DNA of 64,000 nucleotides from NCBI GenBank assembly GCA_052273435.1, contig DAVZIG010000001.1, forward strand, positions 51,812-115,811, given 5' to 3'. Each line of letters starts with the position of its first letter. Positions within the stretch are counted from its first letter, which is position 1. The position numbers were made by a program, and so were the translations under genes. Of the stretch, positions 48,500 to 61,037 are shown piece after piece. The notes below the pieces were generated by a model. It worked only from the letters and a program-made list of their open reading frames with translations. It was not told the origin of the DNA and did no database searches. This DNA comes from Prevotella sp. (GTDB lineage Bacteria; Bacteroidota; Bacteroidia; Bacteroidales; Bacteroidaceae).

Positions 48500-49600
48500 G
48501 TGAAAACATCCTGGAGCAAAAAACTGTTCATAGCGTGCGACATAGTAATTGCCGTGTATCTTGTGCTTGCTTTCACCTCTTTCGACAAGAAGGGTAGCTC
48601 AAAGACTCTGTGCTCCAAGGTGAACATTGAGATTGCCGACAACGCTAATGGAGGATTTCTCGACGCTAAGGTGATAAAAGAGCGACTGCAGAAAACGGGG
48701 TACTATCCTATAGGCAAGCCTCTCGAAAAGGTCAACGCGCGTGGAATAGAAGAAATGTTGAGGCAAAGCCCGTTTGTTAAGACTGCTGAATGCTACAAGA
48801 CAGAGGGCGGCTATGTCTACATCTCTGTGACGCAGCGAATGCCGGTGATACGCATAAAGGCTGATAATGGCGATGACTACTATGTTGATGACAACGACTG
48901 CATAATGCCGCGCACCAACTATACGAGCGACCTTATCATCGCCTCGGGAGCCATAAGCCGCCGTTATGCGATAAGCTATCTATCGGCTCTTGGCAGGATT
49001 ATCATGCAGAATGACTTGTGGAAGAACCTTATAGAGCAGATACATATTCTGCCAGACCAAGGTGTGGAACTGGTGCCTCGCATAGGCGACCACATTATAT
49101 ATATAGGTAAGTTGCCCGACGGATCCAGCCGCGAGCAGCATGAGGTAGCCATTGCCAAATTCTTTGAAAAGAAGATGACTCGACTTGAGAAGTTCTATAA
49201 ATATGGACTCTCGCAGGTTGGTTGGAACAAGTATTCGTATGTGAACATCGAATTCGACAACCAGATAATATGCAAACGCAAGGGAGCAAAGGCTCCGCTT
49301 CCAGTCAAGCATGAGACAGCTCCCGTTGCTGCTGCACCTGAAGATGCCACACCTATGGCTGAGGAAGGACCATCGGAGGACGGAGCCGAGCAAAACTCAC
49401 CCGTGAAGAAAGACGATGCTTCGCCAAAGGAGGTTAAGGCAAAGTCGGATAACGACAAAAAGTCAACAGCTAAAGAAAATAAGGCGGCTTCGAATGACAG
49501 CAAGGCAGTGCCAAAGGAGAAAAAGAAGGCACATAAGGAAAATAAGAGCGCGTCAAAGGAAAACAAGAAGGCGTCAAAGGAGGAAAAGAAAAACTCTTAA
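48500..49600 (+). CDS. ftsQ: Cell division protein FtsQ/DivIB-like with a long low-complexity C-terminal tail
   Basis: N-terminal TM helix, POTRA-like IEE.L...PFV..AE, QR.PV.R and Y..V...F.NQIIC; located between murC and ftsA; start placed at GTG 48500. Confidence 0.8.
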   Translation: MKTSWSKKLFIACDIVIAVYLVLAFTSFDKKGSSKTLCSKVNIEIADNANGGFLDAKVIKERLQKTGYYPIGKPLEKVNARGIEEMLRQSPFVKTAECYKTEGGYVYISVTQRMPVIRIKADNGDDYYVDDNDCIMPRTNYTSDLIIASGAISRRYAISYLSALGRIIMQNDLWKNLIEQIHILPDQGVELVPRIGDHIIYIGKLPDGSSREQHEVAIAKFFEKKMTRLEKFYKYGLSQVGWNKYSYVNIEFDNQIICKRKGAKAPLPVKHETAPVAAAPEDATPMAEEGPSEDGAEQNSPVKKDDASPKEVKAKSDNDKKSTAKENKAASNDSKAVPKEKKKAHKENKSASKENKKASKEEKKNS

Positions 49601-49683
49601 CTTCCAGTATTTTCCATCGCCCACACTCTCAATATAAAAATAAGAAATCAAGATAAAAACAACAATAGATATATAACAAACGT

Positions 49684-51150
49684 ATGGCAAAGGATTTTAT
49701 AGTAGCTATAGAGCTTGGGTCAGCCAAACTGACCGGCATTGCAGGGAGGAAAAATCCCGATGGCAGTATCACCGTACTTGCTGTCGCATCAGAAGACTCC
49801 ACCTCGTACATACGCAAGGGTGTTGTCTACAGTATTGACAAGACAGCACAAGGATTGAGCAACATCATAACAAAACTTAAGAACAGCCTTCAGGCTGATA
49901 TTACCCAGGTATATGTAGGTATTGGCGGACAAAGCATCCATAGTGTGCGCAATATGGTTATCAAAGACTTGCCAGTGGATGCCATAGTGTCGCAGGGAAT
50001 GGTGAACGAGCTTATGGACACCAACCGCAACATGACATATCCCGACTACGAGATACAGGACGCTATAACCGAGGAATACAAGGTAGACCTTCAGTATCAG
50101 ACCGACCCCGTAGGTATTCAGGCAAGCCGTCTGGAGGGTAATTTCATCAACATTCTGTGGCGTCGCTCTTTCTACCGCAACCTTAACAAGAGTTTCGACA
50201 GTGCTGGTATTGCCATTGCCGAGACTTATCTCGCTCCGCTCGTTATGGCCGACAACGTACTTACCGAAGCCGAGAAACGTGCAGGATGTGTGCTTGTAGA
50301 CCTTGGATCGGAAACAACCACTGTGTCGGTGTACTATCGCGACAAGCTTCGCAGCATTGCCGTTATTCCGCTTGGTGGCGACAATATCACCAAGGACCTT
50401 GAGTCGTTGCAGATGGAGGAGAAGGATGCCGAGCGCATGAAGCTGAAGTATGCTTCGGCTCTTACCGATGTGGCTGACATCGACCCGACTGCTGTTCTTC
50501 CTATCGACAACAAGCGCTCTATCGAAAGCCGCAAGTTCATTGAGGTGGTGGAAGCGCGCACTCTTGAGATTATCGAGAATGTGAAGAACTTTATCCCTAC
50601 TGAGTATGCCGACAAGTTGCTTAGCGGTATTGTGCTCACTGGTGGCGGCAGCAACATGACCAACATTGAGAAGGCGTTCCGCGAGTATACCGGTGTCGAC
50701 AAGGTGCGTGTGGCAAAGTTTGTCTCGCTCAGCATCAATACCAAGGATTCGAAGTTCACTCTGCCCCACGACGGAACAATGAACACCATATTAAGTCTTG
50801 TGGCTCGCGGCGACATGAATTGTGCAGGCAATGCTTTCGGTGAATCACCCTTCGACAATCAGCATGTGAACAACGGAGCCTCTGTGCAGAATGGAACAAC
50901 TGCTGCATCAGCTACAACTACAACGGTCCAGACAACCAACACAACTCCACATGAGACAGAGGAGGAGCGCATCAAGCGCGAGGAGAGAGAACGTCTGGTG
51001 CGTGAGGAGGCAGAACGGCTCAAGCGCGAGGAAGAAGAAAGACGTCGTAAGGAAGAGGAGGAACGTAAGAGGAATTCTCCGTTTGGACGCCTGTTTGGAT
51101 CATTAAAGAAATTCGGAAAATCACTTGTTGAACCAGAAAACGGTGACTAA
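49684..51150 (+). CDS. ftsA: Cell division protein FtsA
   Basis: AIELGS, RKG, VDLGSETT, GG..IT.D, AE..K and GIVLTGGGS; C-terminal amphipathic helix. Confidence 0.93.
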   Translation: MAKDFIVAIELGSAKLTGIAGRKNPDGSITVLAVASEDSTSYIRKGVVYSIDKTAQGLSNIITKLKNSLQADITQVYVGIGGQSIHSVRNMVIKDLPVDAIVSQGMVNELMDTNRNMTYPDYEIQDAITEEYKVDLQYQTDPVGIQASRLEGNFINILWRRSFYRNLNKSFDSAGIAIAETYLAPLVMADNVLTEAEKRAGCVLVDLGSETTTVSVYYRDKLRSIAVIPLGGDNITKDLESLQMEEKDAERMKLKYASALTDVADIDPTAVLPIDNKRSIESRKFIEVVEARTLEIIENVKNFIPTEYADKLLSGIVLTGGGSNMTNIEKAFREYTGVDKVRVAKFVSLSINTKDSKFTLPHDGTMNTILSLVARGDMNCAGNAFGESPFDNQHVNNGASVQNGTTAASATTTTVQTTNTTPHETEEERIKREERERLVREEAERLKREEEERRRKEEEERKRNSPFGRLFGSLKKFGKSLVEPENGD

Positions 51151-51243
51151 CCTATTTCTCTCTCGAATGCATTACGCGTGATATATACAGCCCGCCTGAA
51201 ACGGGCAAGCATATTCCCAACCGCATAAACAAACTGAATAAAA

Positions 51244-52578
51244 ATGTCTGACAACAATAACAACCCTATGGTGGACTTCTGTACACCTGAAAAAGAAACC
51301 AATACGATTATTAAGGTAATCGGTGTCGGCGGTGGTGGCGGCAACGCTGTCAATCACATGTACCGAGAGGGTATCCACGATGTTTCGTTCGTGCTCTGCA
51401 ACACCGACAACCAGGCTCTCAACGACTCGCCAGTGCCCGTGCTTCTGCAACTTGGCACCGAGGGTTTGGGTGCTGGCAACAAGCCTGCCAAGGCTCGCCA
51501 GGCAGCCGAGGAAAGCATCGACTCTATTAAGCAGATGCTTAGCGACGGTACACGAATGACCTTTATCACCGCTGGAATGGGTGGTGGCACCGGTACTGGT
51601 GCTGCTCCTGTCATCGCTCGCGTGAGCAAGGAACTTGGCATCCTTACCGTGGGTATTGTTACTATTCCTTTCCGATTTGAGGGCAAGCGCAAGATTGACC
51701 AGGCTCTCAACGGTGTTGAGGAAATGGCAAAACATGTGGACGCGTTGCTTGTTATCAACAACGAGCGTCTGCGCAAGATTTATCCAGAGCTTACAGTGCT
51801 CGACGCTTTTGGCAAGGCCGACGACACTCTCTCTGTGGCTGCCAAGTCAATTGCGGAGATCATTACCAACCACGGACTCATCAACCTCGACTTCAACGAT
51901 GTTAAAACAGTGCTCAAGGATGGTGGTGTGGCTATCATGTCTACCGGCTATGGCGAGGGCGAGGGTCGTGTGAAGCAGGCTATCTCCGACGCACTCAACT
52001 CACCGCTGCTCAACGACAACGATGTGTTCAACGCTAAGAAGATTCTTCTTAGCATCAACTTCTCAAAGGACTCCAACAACGATTCGCCAAACTCTGGTGG
52101 CTTGATGATGGAGGAAATGAACGAGGTGAACGACTTCATGGAGCAGTTTGGCTCCGACTTCGAGATAAAGTGGGGTATAGGACTCGACCCGGAACTTGGC
52201 AACAAGGTGAAGGTCACTATCCTTGCCACAGGCTTCGGTATAGAGAATGTTGATGGTATGAACAACCACATGCGTCAACTCGCACAGGAGGAGGACGATA
52301 AGCAGGTGGAGATTAACATCAAGAATGCCATACGCCGCAACCACTACTACGGCGACGACAAGGGCGGCTCCATCACCAAGCGTCGTCCGCATATCTTCCG
52401 TTTCTCTGCCGACGACCTTGACAATGAGGAGGTGATTCTCACCGTAGAGACCACTCCTACCTACAAGCGCACATTGCAGCAGCTTAATGAGTTGCGCCGC
52501 CGCATCGTCGACGAGAAGGAAGCTCCAAAGCAGAACAACGACACTGAGTCTGTGGCAGGAACTATATCTTTCACATAA
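51244..52578 (+). CDS. ftsZ: Cell division protein FtsZ
   Basis: IKVIGVGGGGGNAV, NTD, GLGAG, GMGGGTGTG, PF.FEG and NLDFND. Confidence 0.98.
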   Translation: MSDNNNNPMVDFCTPEKETNTIIKVIGVGGGGGNAVNHMYREGIHDVSFVLCNTDNQALNDSPVPVLLQLGTEGLGAGNKPAKARQAAEESIDSIKQMLSDGTRMTFITAGMGGGTGTGAAPVIARVSKELGILTVGIVTIPFRFEGKRKIDQALNGVEEMAKHVDALLVINNERLRKIYPELTVLDAFGKADDTLSVAAKSIAEIITNHGLINLDFNDVKTVLKDGGVAIMSTGYGEGEGRVKQAISDALNSPLLNDNDVFNAKKILLSINFSKDSNNDSPNSGGLMMEEMNEVNDFMEQFGSDFEIKWGIGLDPELGNKVKVTILATGFGIENVDGMNNHMRQLAQEEDDKQVEINIKNAIRRNHYYGDDKGGSITKRRPHIFRFSADDLDNEEVILTVETTPTYKRTLQQLNELRRRIVDEKEAPKQNNDTESVAGTISFT

Positions 52579-52591
52579 ACCATTTGCGCTG

Positions 52592-53329
52592 TCAGCCGAA
52601 CAGCTGTTGCAATACAGGCAATGACTTCATGTCGGGGAATGCCGGTTGGTGGAGCCTGTAGTATTGAAGAATAACCTCAATAATGCGGTTGCGCTCGCTT
52701 CTTGACAGCGAGAGCAGCCGCATTGTCGTATAGTTGAGTCGCATGAGCAGTCGTATCTTGCGTGCTTCATCGGGTTTGAGGAAGTCGGAGTGTACGGGCA
52801 CATGCTTCACAAAGTTTCCTGCACGCATGTCGAAGTAGATGTCACTGCCAGTATCGTTGTCATCGTCGGTGAGGTTGGGATAGAAGCCTATGAAGCGTGT
52901 AAGGTGCAACATATATATAATGTGGAAGTTGGTGAAGCCTCGCTCGCAAGCGTCAAGCCAGCGCACGCTGTTCTCTATAAACAGGTAGAGCGAGGGGTTT
53001 GCCTGTTCGGAGCGGGTGCAGTAGCTTGTGAACTCTGCAACGAATAGGGCTATCGACAGTTTGAGCGCATCGAAAGGCAACGACACAAAGGGCCACGCCA
53101 CCGATGCCTCCTTGATGCGCTGCAGTTTCTGCGAGGCACGGTAGTCAAACTCAATGCTTAGAAGAGTGAGAGGTTGGAAAAACTGTTTCTTCACTCCCGA
53201 GCGCGAAGTGCGTGGAATGCGCTGCATGAAAGAGAGTCTTCCATGCGATTCGGTGAAGAGATCGACTATAAGTTGCGACTCACCGTATTTCAGTGAGTTA
53301 AGTACAATAGCATTGGTTTTTATGAGCAT
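52592..53329 (-). CDS. recO: DNA repair protein RecO
   Basis: KTNAIVL...YGE..LIV..FTESHG, FQPL, GFYP and L.YY..H; start at ATG 53329. Confidence 0.88.
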   Translation of the reverse strand: MLIKTNAIVLNSLKYGESQLIVDLFTESHGRLSFMQRIPRTSRSGVKKQFFQPLTLLSIEFDYRASQKLQRIKEASVAWPFVSLPFDALKLSIALFVAEFTSYCTRSEQANPSLYLFIENSVRWLDACERGFTNFHIIYMLHLTRFIGFYPNLTDDDNDTGSDIYFDMRAGNFVKHVPVHSDFLKPDEARKIRLLMRLNYTTMRLLSLSRSERNRIIEVILQYYRLHQPAFPDMKSLPVLQQLFG

Positions 53330-53459
53330 TTTTGCCTGTTTTTGGTCTTTTAAGGGCAAAATTACAGAAAAAAGCGGCATTTCAAGAAAAAACTTAAAGG
53401 AAAATTTGGCGCATATAAAATAAAGTCGTACCTTTGCACCCGCTAAAATCAAGCACCTT

Positions 53460-53531
53460 GGTCCCTTCGTCTATCGGTTAGGACGAGAGATTTTCATTCT
53501 CTAAAGAGGAGTTCGACTCTCCTAGGGACTA
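53460..53531 (+). tRNA. tRNA-Glu (TTC)
   Basis: Acceptor stem ggtccct/agggact, anticodon arm agaga-ttTTCat-tctct and T-loop gttcgact. Confidence 0.95.
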
Positions 53532-53563
53532 CAATAAAAATAAAAAAGAAGAAACATAACAAG

Positions 53564-53818
53564 ATGGCAAACCACAAATCATCACTTAAGAGAATCCGTC
53601 AGGACAAGGCTAAGGCTTTGCACAACAGATACTACGCAAAGACGATGCGCAATGCTGTCCGCAAGTTGCGCGCCATGACGGACAAGGAAGAGGCTGTAAA
53701 GCTCTATCCTACTGTTCAGAAGATGCTGGACAAGTTGGCTAAGACTAACATTATCCACAAGAACAAGGCTGCAAACTTGAAGTCAAGCTTGTGTCTGCAT
53801 ATCAGCAAGCTCGCTTAA
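53564..53818 (+). CDS. rpsT: 30S ribosomal protein S20
   Basis: [13 protein letters not shown]...[16 protein letters not shown]. Confidence 0.97.
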   Translation: MANHKSSLKRIRQDKAKALHNRYYAKTMRNAVRKLRAMTDKEEAVKLYPTVQKMLDKLAKTNIIHKNKAANLKSSLCLHISKLA

Positions 53819-53843
53819 TTAAGTTTGTTGAAAACCCCATACT

Positions 53844-53877
53844 GAGGTCATCTGTCGCAAGACGGGTGACCTCTTTT
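53844..53877 (+). terminator. Intrinsic terminator after rpsT
   Basis: gaggtcatctgtc-gcaa-gacgggtgacctc followed by tttt. Confidence 0.85.
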
Positions 53878-53906
53878 GGTTGTATGCTTACTTCAGTTGC
53901 TGCATA

Positions 53907-53951
53907 AGAGAATGTGCCAAAAAACTATTCACGGGTTTTGGCACATTCTCT
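53907..53951. terminator. Hairpin between convergent genes
   Basis: Perfect 16-bp arms agagaatgtgccaaaa / ttttggcacattctct. Confidence 0.65.
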
Positions 53952-53973
53952 CTTCATATAATATAGCTCATTT

Positions 53974-56868
<2,895 letters not shown>

Positions 56869-56898
56869 TAATAAGGTGTGTCTTAACATCAGGCTTAG

Positions 56899-56934
56899 AG
56901 TTTATCGGGCTAAATCCTTTTAGCCCGATAAACT
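56899..56934 (+). terminator. Terminator after gyrB
   Basis: agtttatcgggctaaa / tttagcccgataaact stem with a T-rich tail. Confidence 0.75.
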
Positions 56935-56986
56935 TCTTTATTATTGGCTCTGTCCATATTCTTCCCACCCCTTTTCCTTTTTCCTT

Positions 56987-57925
56987 ATGCACCGCCTAAT
57001 CTGCACATACCTGCTTCTATTCTTTGCCATAACAATCCGCGCCCAGCAGTTTGGTACCGCTTGGATGACATCACCATCATCTGCTTATACCTCATGCCAA
57101 TGGTTTCGCCGCACATTTATTGCCGACAATCGCCCTCTGCGTGGCTCTGTAAGTGTTGCAACCGACTCACGCTTTGTTCTCTATGTCAACGGCCGCAACG
57201 TGTCTGCAGCCATTTTTATGCCCATACGCGGGGAGCATGACAGTAGTCCCGTGTCCATGACTTTTGATGTCACTCGTTTTCTTCGTCCCGACTCCAACAC
57301 AGTGGCAGTGCTCCTTGCCCCTGAAGCCAAGCGTCTTGCCCCTTCAAGCCTTTCCGTAGGTTTCTTCGGCTCTGATGCCAACGGCTCTTGTTTTGCTTAC
57401 CTCTCGCCTGATGGTTGGCTTTGTTGCCCGGCGTCTACAGACATCACAGCCGAGGGAGAGTCTATGTATGAGCGCAACAACAATCTTACGCCTGCCTATG
57501 GCGACATGGCGATGGCGGAATGGTTTCCATCGGTTGTCCTGCCCTTCAAGGGCGGCATGCCTCCAAAAGACAATGGTATTTCTTTGGAGAGTGTTTATGG
57601 TTATAATGTTCAGATGTACAATCCTCTGAACGACAATGCTGCTCATGTGTATAAAATTATGTCGCCATGCGGCATTGAGACAAATGGCAATAGGGTGGTC
57701 TACGATTTCTCTCCAGGCTTCTACGGTTATGTGCGTGTCACATTGCGTGGCTGCAGTCAAGGTGAGCGCATACGTATAGGCGGGCTCGAATATGTTTGCA
57801 ATGGAACAATCGACGAGCAGGCTTTCTGCCGCTTCACTACAGGTTATATGCGCAAGGTGGAGATATGTGGTGACGCTTGCTTCCGTCCTGAGCAAGTGCA
57901 GGAGATTTATGCTGTTTGTATGTAG
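56987..57925 (+). CDS. Exported protein with only the N-terminal beta-sandwich domains of a GH78 alpha-L-rhamnosidase (no catalytic barrel)
   Basis: Signal peptide; FRRTF, LYVNG, TFDVT.FL....NTVAV, YDF...F.G.VRV and RFT...R.VEI.G; stops at 312 aa. Confidence 0.65.
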   Translation: MHRLICTYLLLFFAITIRAQQFGTAWMTSPSSAYTSCQWFRRTFIADNRPLRGSVSVATDSRFVLYVNGRNVSAAIFMPIRGEHDSSPVSMTFDVTRFLRPDSNTVAVLLAPEAKRLAPSSLSVGFFGSDANGSCFAYLSPDGWLCCPASTDITAEGESMYERNNNLTPAYGDMAMAEWFPSVVLPFKGGMPPKDNGISLESVYGYNVQMYNPLNDNAAHVYKIMSPCGIETNGNRVVYDFSPGFYGYVRVTLRGCSQGERIRIGGLEYVCNGTIDEQAFCRFTTGYMRKVEICGDACFRPEQVQEIYAVCM

Positions 57926-57936
57926 TATATATTGCT

Positions 57937-58036
57937 TGGCAAAGTAATATATATTAAATGGCAAAGTAATATGTATTAAATGGCAAAGTAATATGTATTA
58001 AATGGCAAAGTAATATGTATTACTTGTTAAAGTAAT
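57937..58036. repeat. AT-rich 22-bp tandem repeat, 4.5 copies (TGGCAAAGTAATATGTATTAAA)
   Basis: Units start at 57937, 57959, 57981 and 58003, with a degenerate partial unit at 58025; no spacers. Confidence 0.92.
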
Positions 58037-58130
58037 CTTTTTAATAAAACCTAAAATTTTGCTATATAATAAGGTATACGGAAAAATATTCTTACTTTTG
58101 CGCCCAAATTAAAGAACACAAAGCGAAATC

Positions 58131-60470
58131 ATGCAAGAAAATTTAGTAATCGTCGAGAGCCCCGCAAAGGCAAAGACTATTGAGAAATTCTTGGGCGAAG
58201 ACTTCAAAGTGATGTCGTCCTACGGTCACATACGCGACCTGAAGAAGAAGGAACTCAGTATTGACAAAGATACACTCCAACCCGACTATGTTATCCCTAA
58301 GGATAAGGAAGACCTCGTGAAGAAACTGCGCGAGAGCGCAAAGCAGGCACACAAGGTGTGGCTCGCATCCGATGAGGACCGCGAAGGAGAAGCCATATCA
58401 TGGCACCTTTGCGAAGTGCTCGGTCTTGACGAGGCATCAACCAACCGCATCGTCTTCCACGAAATCACAAAACCCGCAATTCTCGCTGCCATTGCCAGCC
58501 CGCGCCATCTCGACATGAACCTTGTCAACGCGCAGCAAGCTCGCCGTGTGCTCGACCGCATTGTAGGTTTCAAGCTCTCTCCAGTGCTTTGGCGCAAGGT
58601 TAAGCCGGCACTCTCGGCAGGCCGTGTGCAGTCGGTGGCTGTGAGACTTATCGTTGAGCGCGAGCGTGAGATTCAGAATTTCAAGAGTGAGCCTTACTAT
58701 CGCATCAATGCCATCTTTGCCATAACCAATGCCGATGGCTCGCAGTCGGAGGTGAAAGCCGAGCTTGACAAGCGTTTCTCAACCCACGACGATGCAATAG
58801 CTTTCCTGGAACTCTGCAAGGACTCTGAGTTTACAGTGGACACTGTTACAAAGAAACCCCTCAAGCGTATGCCGGCACCACCGTTCACCACATCAACCCT
58901 CCAGCAGGAGGCAGCCCGCAAACTTGGATTCTCTGTCTCGCAGACCATGATGGTGGCACAGCATCTCTATGAGAATGGTCTTATCACCTACATGCGTACC
59001 GACAGCGTGAATCTCTCGAAACTCTGTCTTGACGCTGCCAAGGAGACCGTGACAAAGCTCTATGGCGAGGAGTACAGTTCCACACGCAACTTCCACACCC
59101 ACTCCAAGGGTGCCCAGGAGGCCCACGAGGCCATACGCCCTACCTACATGGCAAACACTACCATCGAGGGCACCGCTCAGGAACGCCGACTCTACGATCT
59201 TATATGGAAGCGCACAGCAGCAAGCCAGATGTCGGAGGCGGTGATTGAGAAGACCACCGTGAGCATTGCCATGACTGGAGCTAATGAGCATTTCATTGCA
59301 AATGGCGAGGTTGTTAAGTTCGACGGTTTTCTCAAGGTCTACCGCGAGTCTACTGATGACGACCAGGACACAGCCAAGGATGAGTTCTCCCACAATCTGC
59401 CCGTTATCAACGAGGGCGACAAGCTCACACGCCGTGAGATTATGTCTACCGAACGCTATTCGCAGGGTCCGGCACGCTACACCGAGGCAAGCCTCGTGCA
59501 TAAGCTTGAAGAACTTGGCATCGGACGTCCGTCAACTTATGCTCCAACAATCTCTACCATACAGCAGCGCGAGTATGTGCAGAAGGGCGACAAGAAGGGT
59601 GAGGAGCGTCCTTATGTCATCGATTCGCTGCGCGGAATAAAGATCACTCCCACACGCAAGGTGGAGCTTACTGGCAATGAGAAGGGCAAACTTCTGCCTA
59701 CCGACATAGGTATTGTGGTGAACGACTTCCTTATGGAGAACTTCCCTACCATCATGGACTACAACTTCACCGCCAAGGTGGAGCAGCAGTTCGACCTTAT
59801 CGCCGACGGCAAGGAGGAATGGACCGACATGATGCAGCATTTCGACCGTGAGTTTGAGCCTACTGTGGAGAAGGTGATGAACGCACGTTCGGAGCATAAG
59901 GCTGGTGAGCGCAAGTTGGGCGACGACCCTAAGTCGGGTCATCCGGTGTTTGTGAAGATAGGCCGCTATGGTCCTGTGGTGCAGATAGGTACTGCCGACG
60001 ACGACGAGAAACCTCGCTTTGCGCAGCTCCCTGCCGACAAAAGTATGGAGACCATAACGCTTGAGGAGGCTCTTGAGCTGTTTAAGCTCCCGCGCAAGGT
60101 GGGCGAGTTTGAGGGCAAGTCAGTGACTATCGGTGCCGGACGCTTCGGACCTTATGTGCTTCACGACAAGAAATACGTGTCGATTCCAAAGGACGAGGAT
60201 CCTATGTCCATCACATTTGAGCGTGCCGTCGAACTCATCGAGAGTAAGCGCAAGGCTGAGGAGGAACGCCACTTGAAGCAGTTTGAGGAAGACCCGAATC
60301 TCGAAGTGCTGAACGGACGCTATGGTCCGTACATCGCTTTCGACGGCAAGAACTACCGCATTCCGCGCGAGCTTCACCCAAAGGCTGCCGAGCTTACCTA
60401 TGCCGAGTGCATGGACATCGTGAACAACCCACCGGCTCCCAAGAAGAGAGGAGCCGCCAAGAAGAAATAA
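58131..60470 (+). CDS. topA: DNA topoisomerase I (type IA) with C-terminal Toprim_C repeats
   Basis: LVIVESPAKAK, GHIRDL, DEDREGE, SAGRVQS, ITYMRTD (catalytic Tyr), QEAHEAIRPT, GIGRPSTY and G(R/K)(Y/F)GP repeats; TACTTTTG box at 58093-58100. Confidence 0.97.
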   Translation: MQENLVIVESPAKAKTIEKFLGEDFKVMSSYGHIRDLKKKELSIDKDTLQPDYVIPKDKEDLVKKLRESAKQAHKVWLASDEDREGEAISWHLCEVLGLDEASTNRIVFHEITKPAILAAIASPRHLDMNLVNAQQARRVLDRIVGFKLSPVLWRKVKPALSAGRVQSVAVRLIVEREREIQNFKSEPYYRINAIFAITNADGSQSEVKAELDKRFSTHDDAIAFLELCKDSEFTVDTVTKKPLKRMPAPPFTTSTLQQEAARKLGFSVSQTMMVAQHLYENGLITYMRTDSVNLSKLCLDAAKETVTKLYGEEYSSTRNFHTHSKGAQEAHEAIRPTYMANTTIEGTAQERRLYDLIWKRTAASQMSEAVIEKTTVSIAMTGANEHFIANGEVVKFDGFLKVYRESTDDDQDTAKDEFSHNLPVINEGDKLTRREIMSTERYSQGPARYTEASLVHKLEELGIGRPSTYAPTISTIQQREYVQKGDKKGEERPYVIDSLRGIKITPTRKVELTGNEKGKLLPTDIGIVVNDFLMENFPTIMDYNFTAKVEQQFDLIADGKEEWTDMMQHFDREFEPTVEKVMNARSEHKAGERKLGDDPKSGHPVFVKIGRYGPVVQIGTADDDEKPRFAQLPADKSMETITLEEALELFKLPRKVGEFEGKSVTIGAGRFGPYVLHDKKYVSIPKDEDPMSITFERAVELIESKRKAEEERHLKQFEEDPNLEVLNGRYGPYIAFDGKNYRIPRELHPKAAELTYAECMDIVNNPPAPKKRGAAKKK

Positions 60471-60496
60471 CTGTGTAAGATAAAAAACAGACCTCT

Positions 60497-61021
60497 ATGA
60501 CCCGAATAATCCTTATCGGCTACATGGGAGCCGGAAAAACAACAATAGGAAAGGCACTCGCCAAGGCGCTTGGCGTGACCTTCTACGACCTCGACTGGTA
60601 TATCGAGACACGTATGCGGCGCACCGTGAAGCAGATATTCGACAGCGAGGGCGAAGAGGGATTCCGACGCATCGAGCATAATATGCTGCACGAGGTGGCG
60701 GAGTTTGAGAATATTGTGCTTTCGTGCGGCGGAGGCACACCGTGCTTCTTCGACAATATAGAATATATGAACCGACAGGGACCGGTGGTCTATCTCAAGG
60801 CTTCGCCCGAGGTGCTCTACGAGCATCTCAAGATGGGCAGGTCGGTGCGCCCGCTATTGCTCAACAAAACCCCAGAGCAGGTGCGTGAGTTTATAGAAGG
60901 GCAGCTTGCCTATCGCGAGCAGTTCTACTCGAAGGCTCACTATACACTCGACATAAACCTGCTCGACAACTACGACAAGATAAACGTGACTGTCGAAAAA
61001 CTGATAGAACTTTTGAAATAA
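60497..61021 (+). CDS. aroK: Shikimate kinase
   Basis: GYMGAGKTT, DLD, GEEGFR..E, GGG and RPLL. Confidence 0.95.
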   Translation: MTRIILIGYMGAGKTTIGKALAKALGVTFYDLDWYIETRMRRTVKQIFDSEGEEGFRRIEHNMLHEVAEFENIVLSCGGGTPCFFDNIEYMNRQGPVVYLKASPEVLYEHLKMGRSVRPLLLNKTPEQVREFIEGQLAYREQFYSKAHYTLDINLLDNYDKINVTVEKLIELLK

Positions 61022-61037
61022 AACCCAAAACTCAAAA

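Noticed and set aside
36643..52578. Absence of murF and ddl from the dcw cluster
   Set aside because: As far as I know this is the usual arrangement in Bacteroidales, so it is not notable.
57937..58036. Possible CRISPR array or plasmid iterons
   Set aside because: The units are contiguous with no unique spacers, and there is no cas or rep gene in the window.
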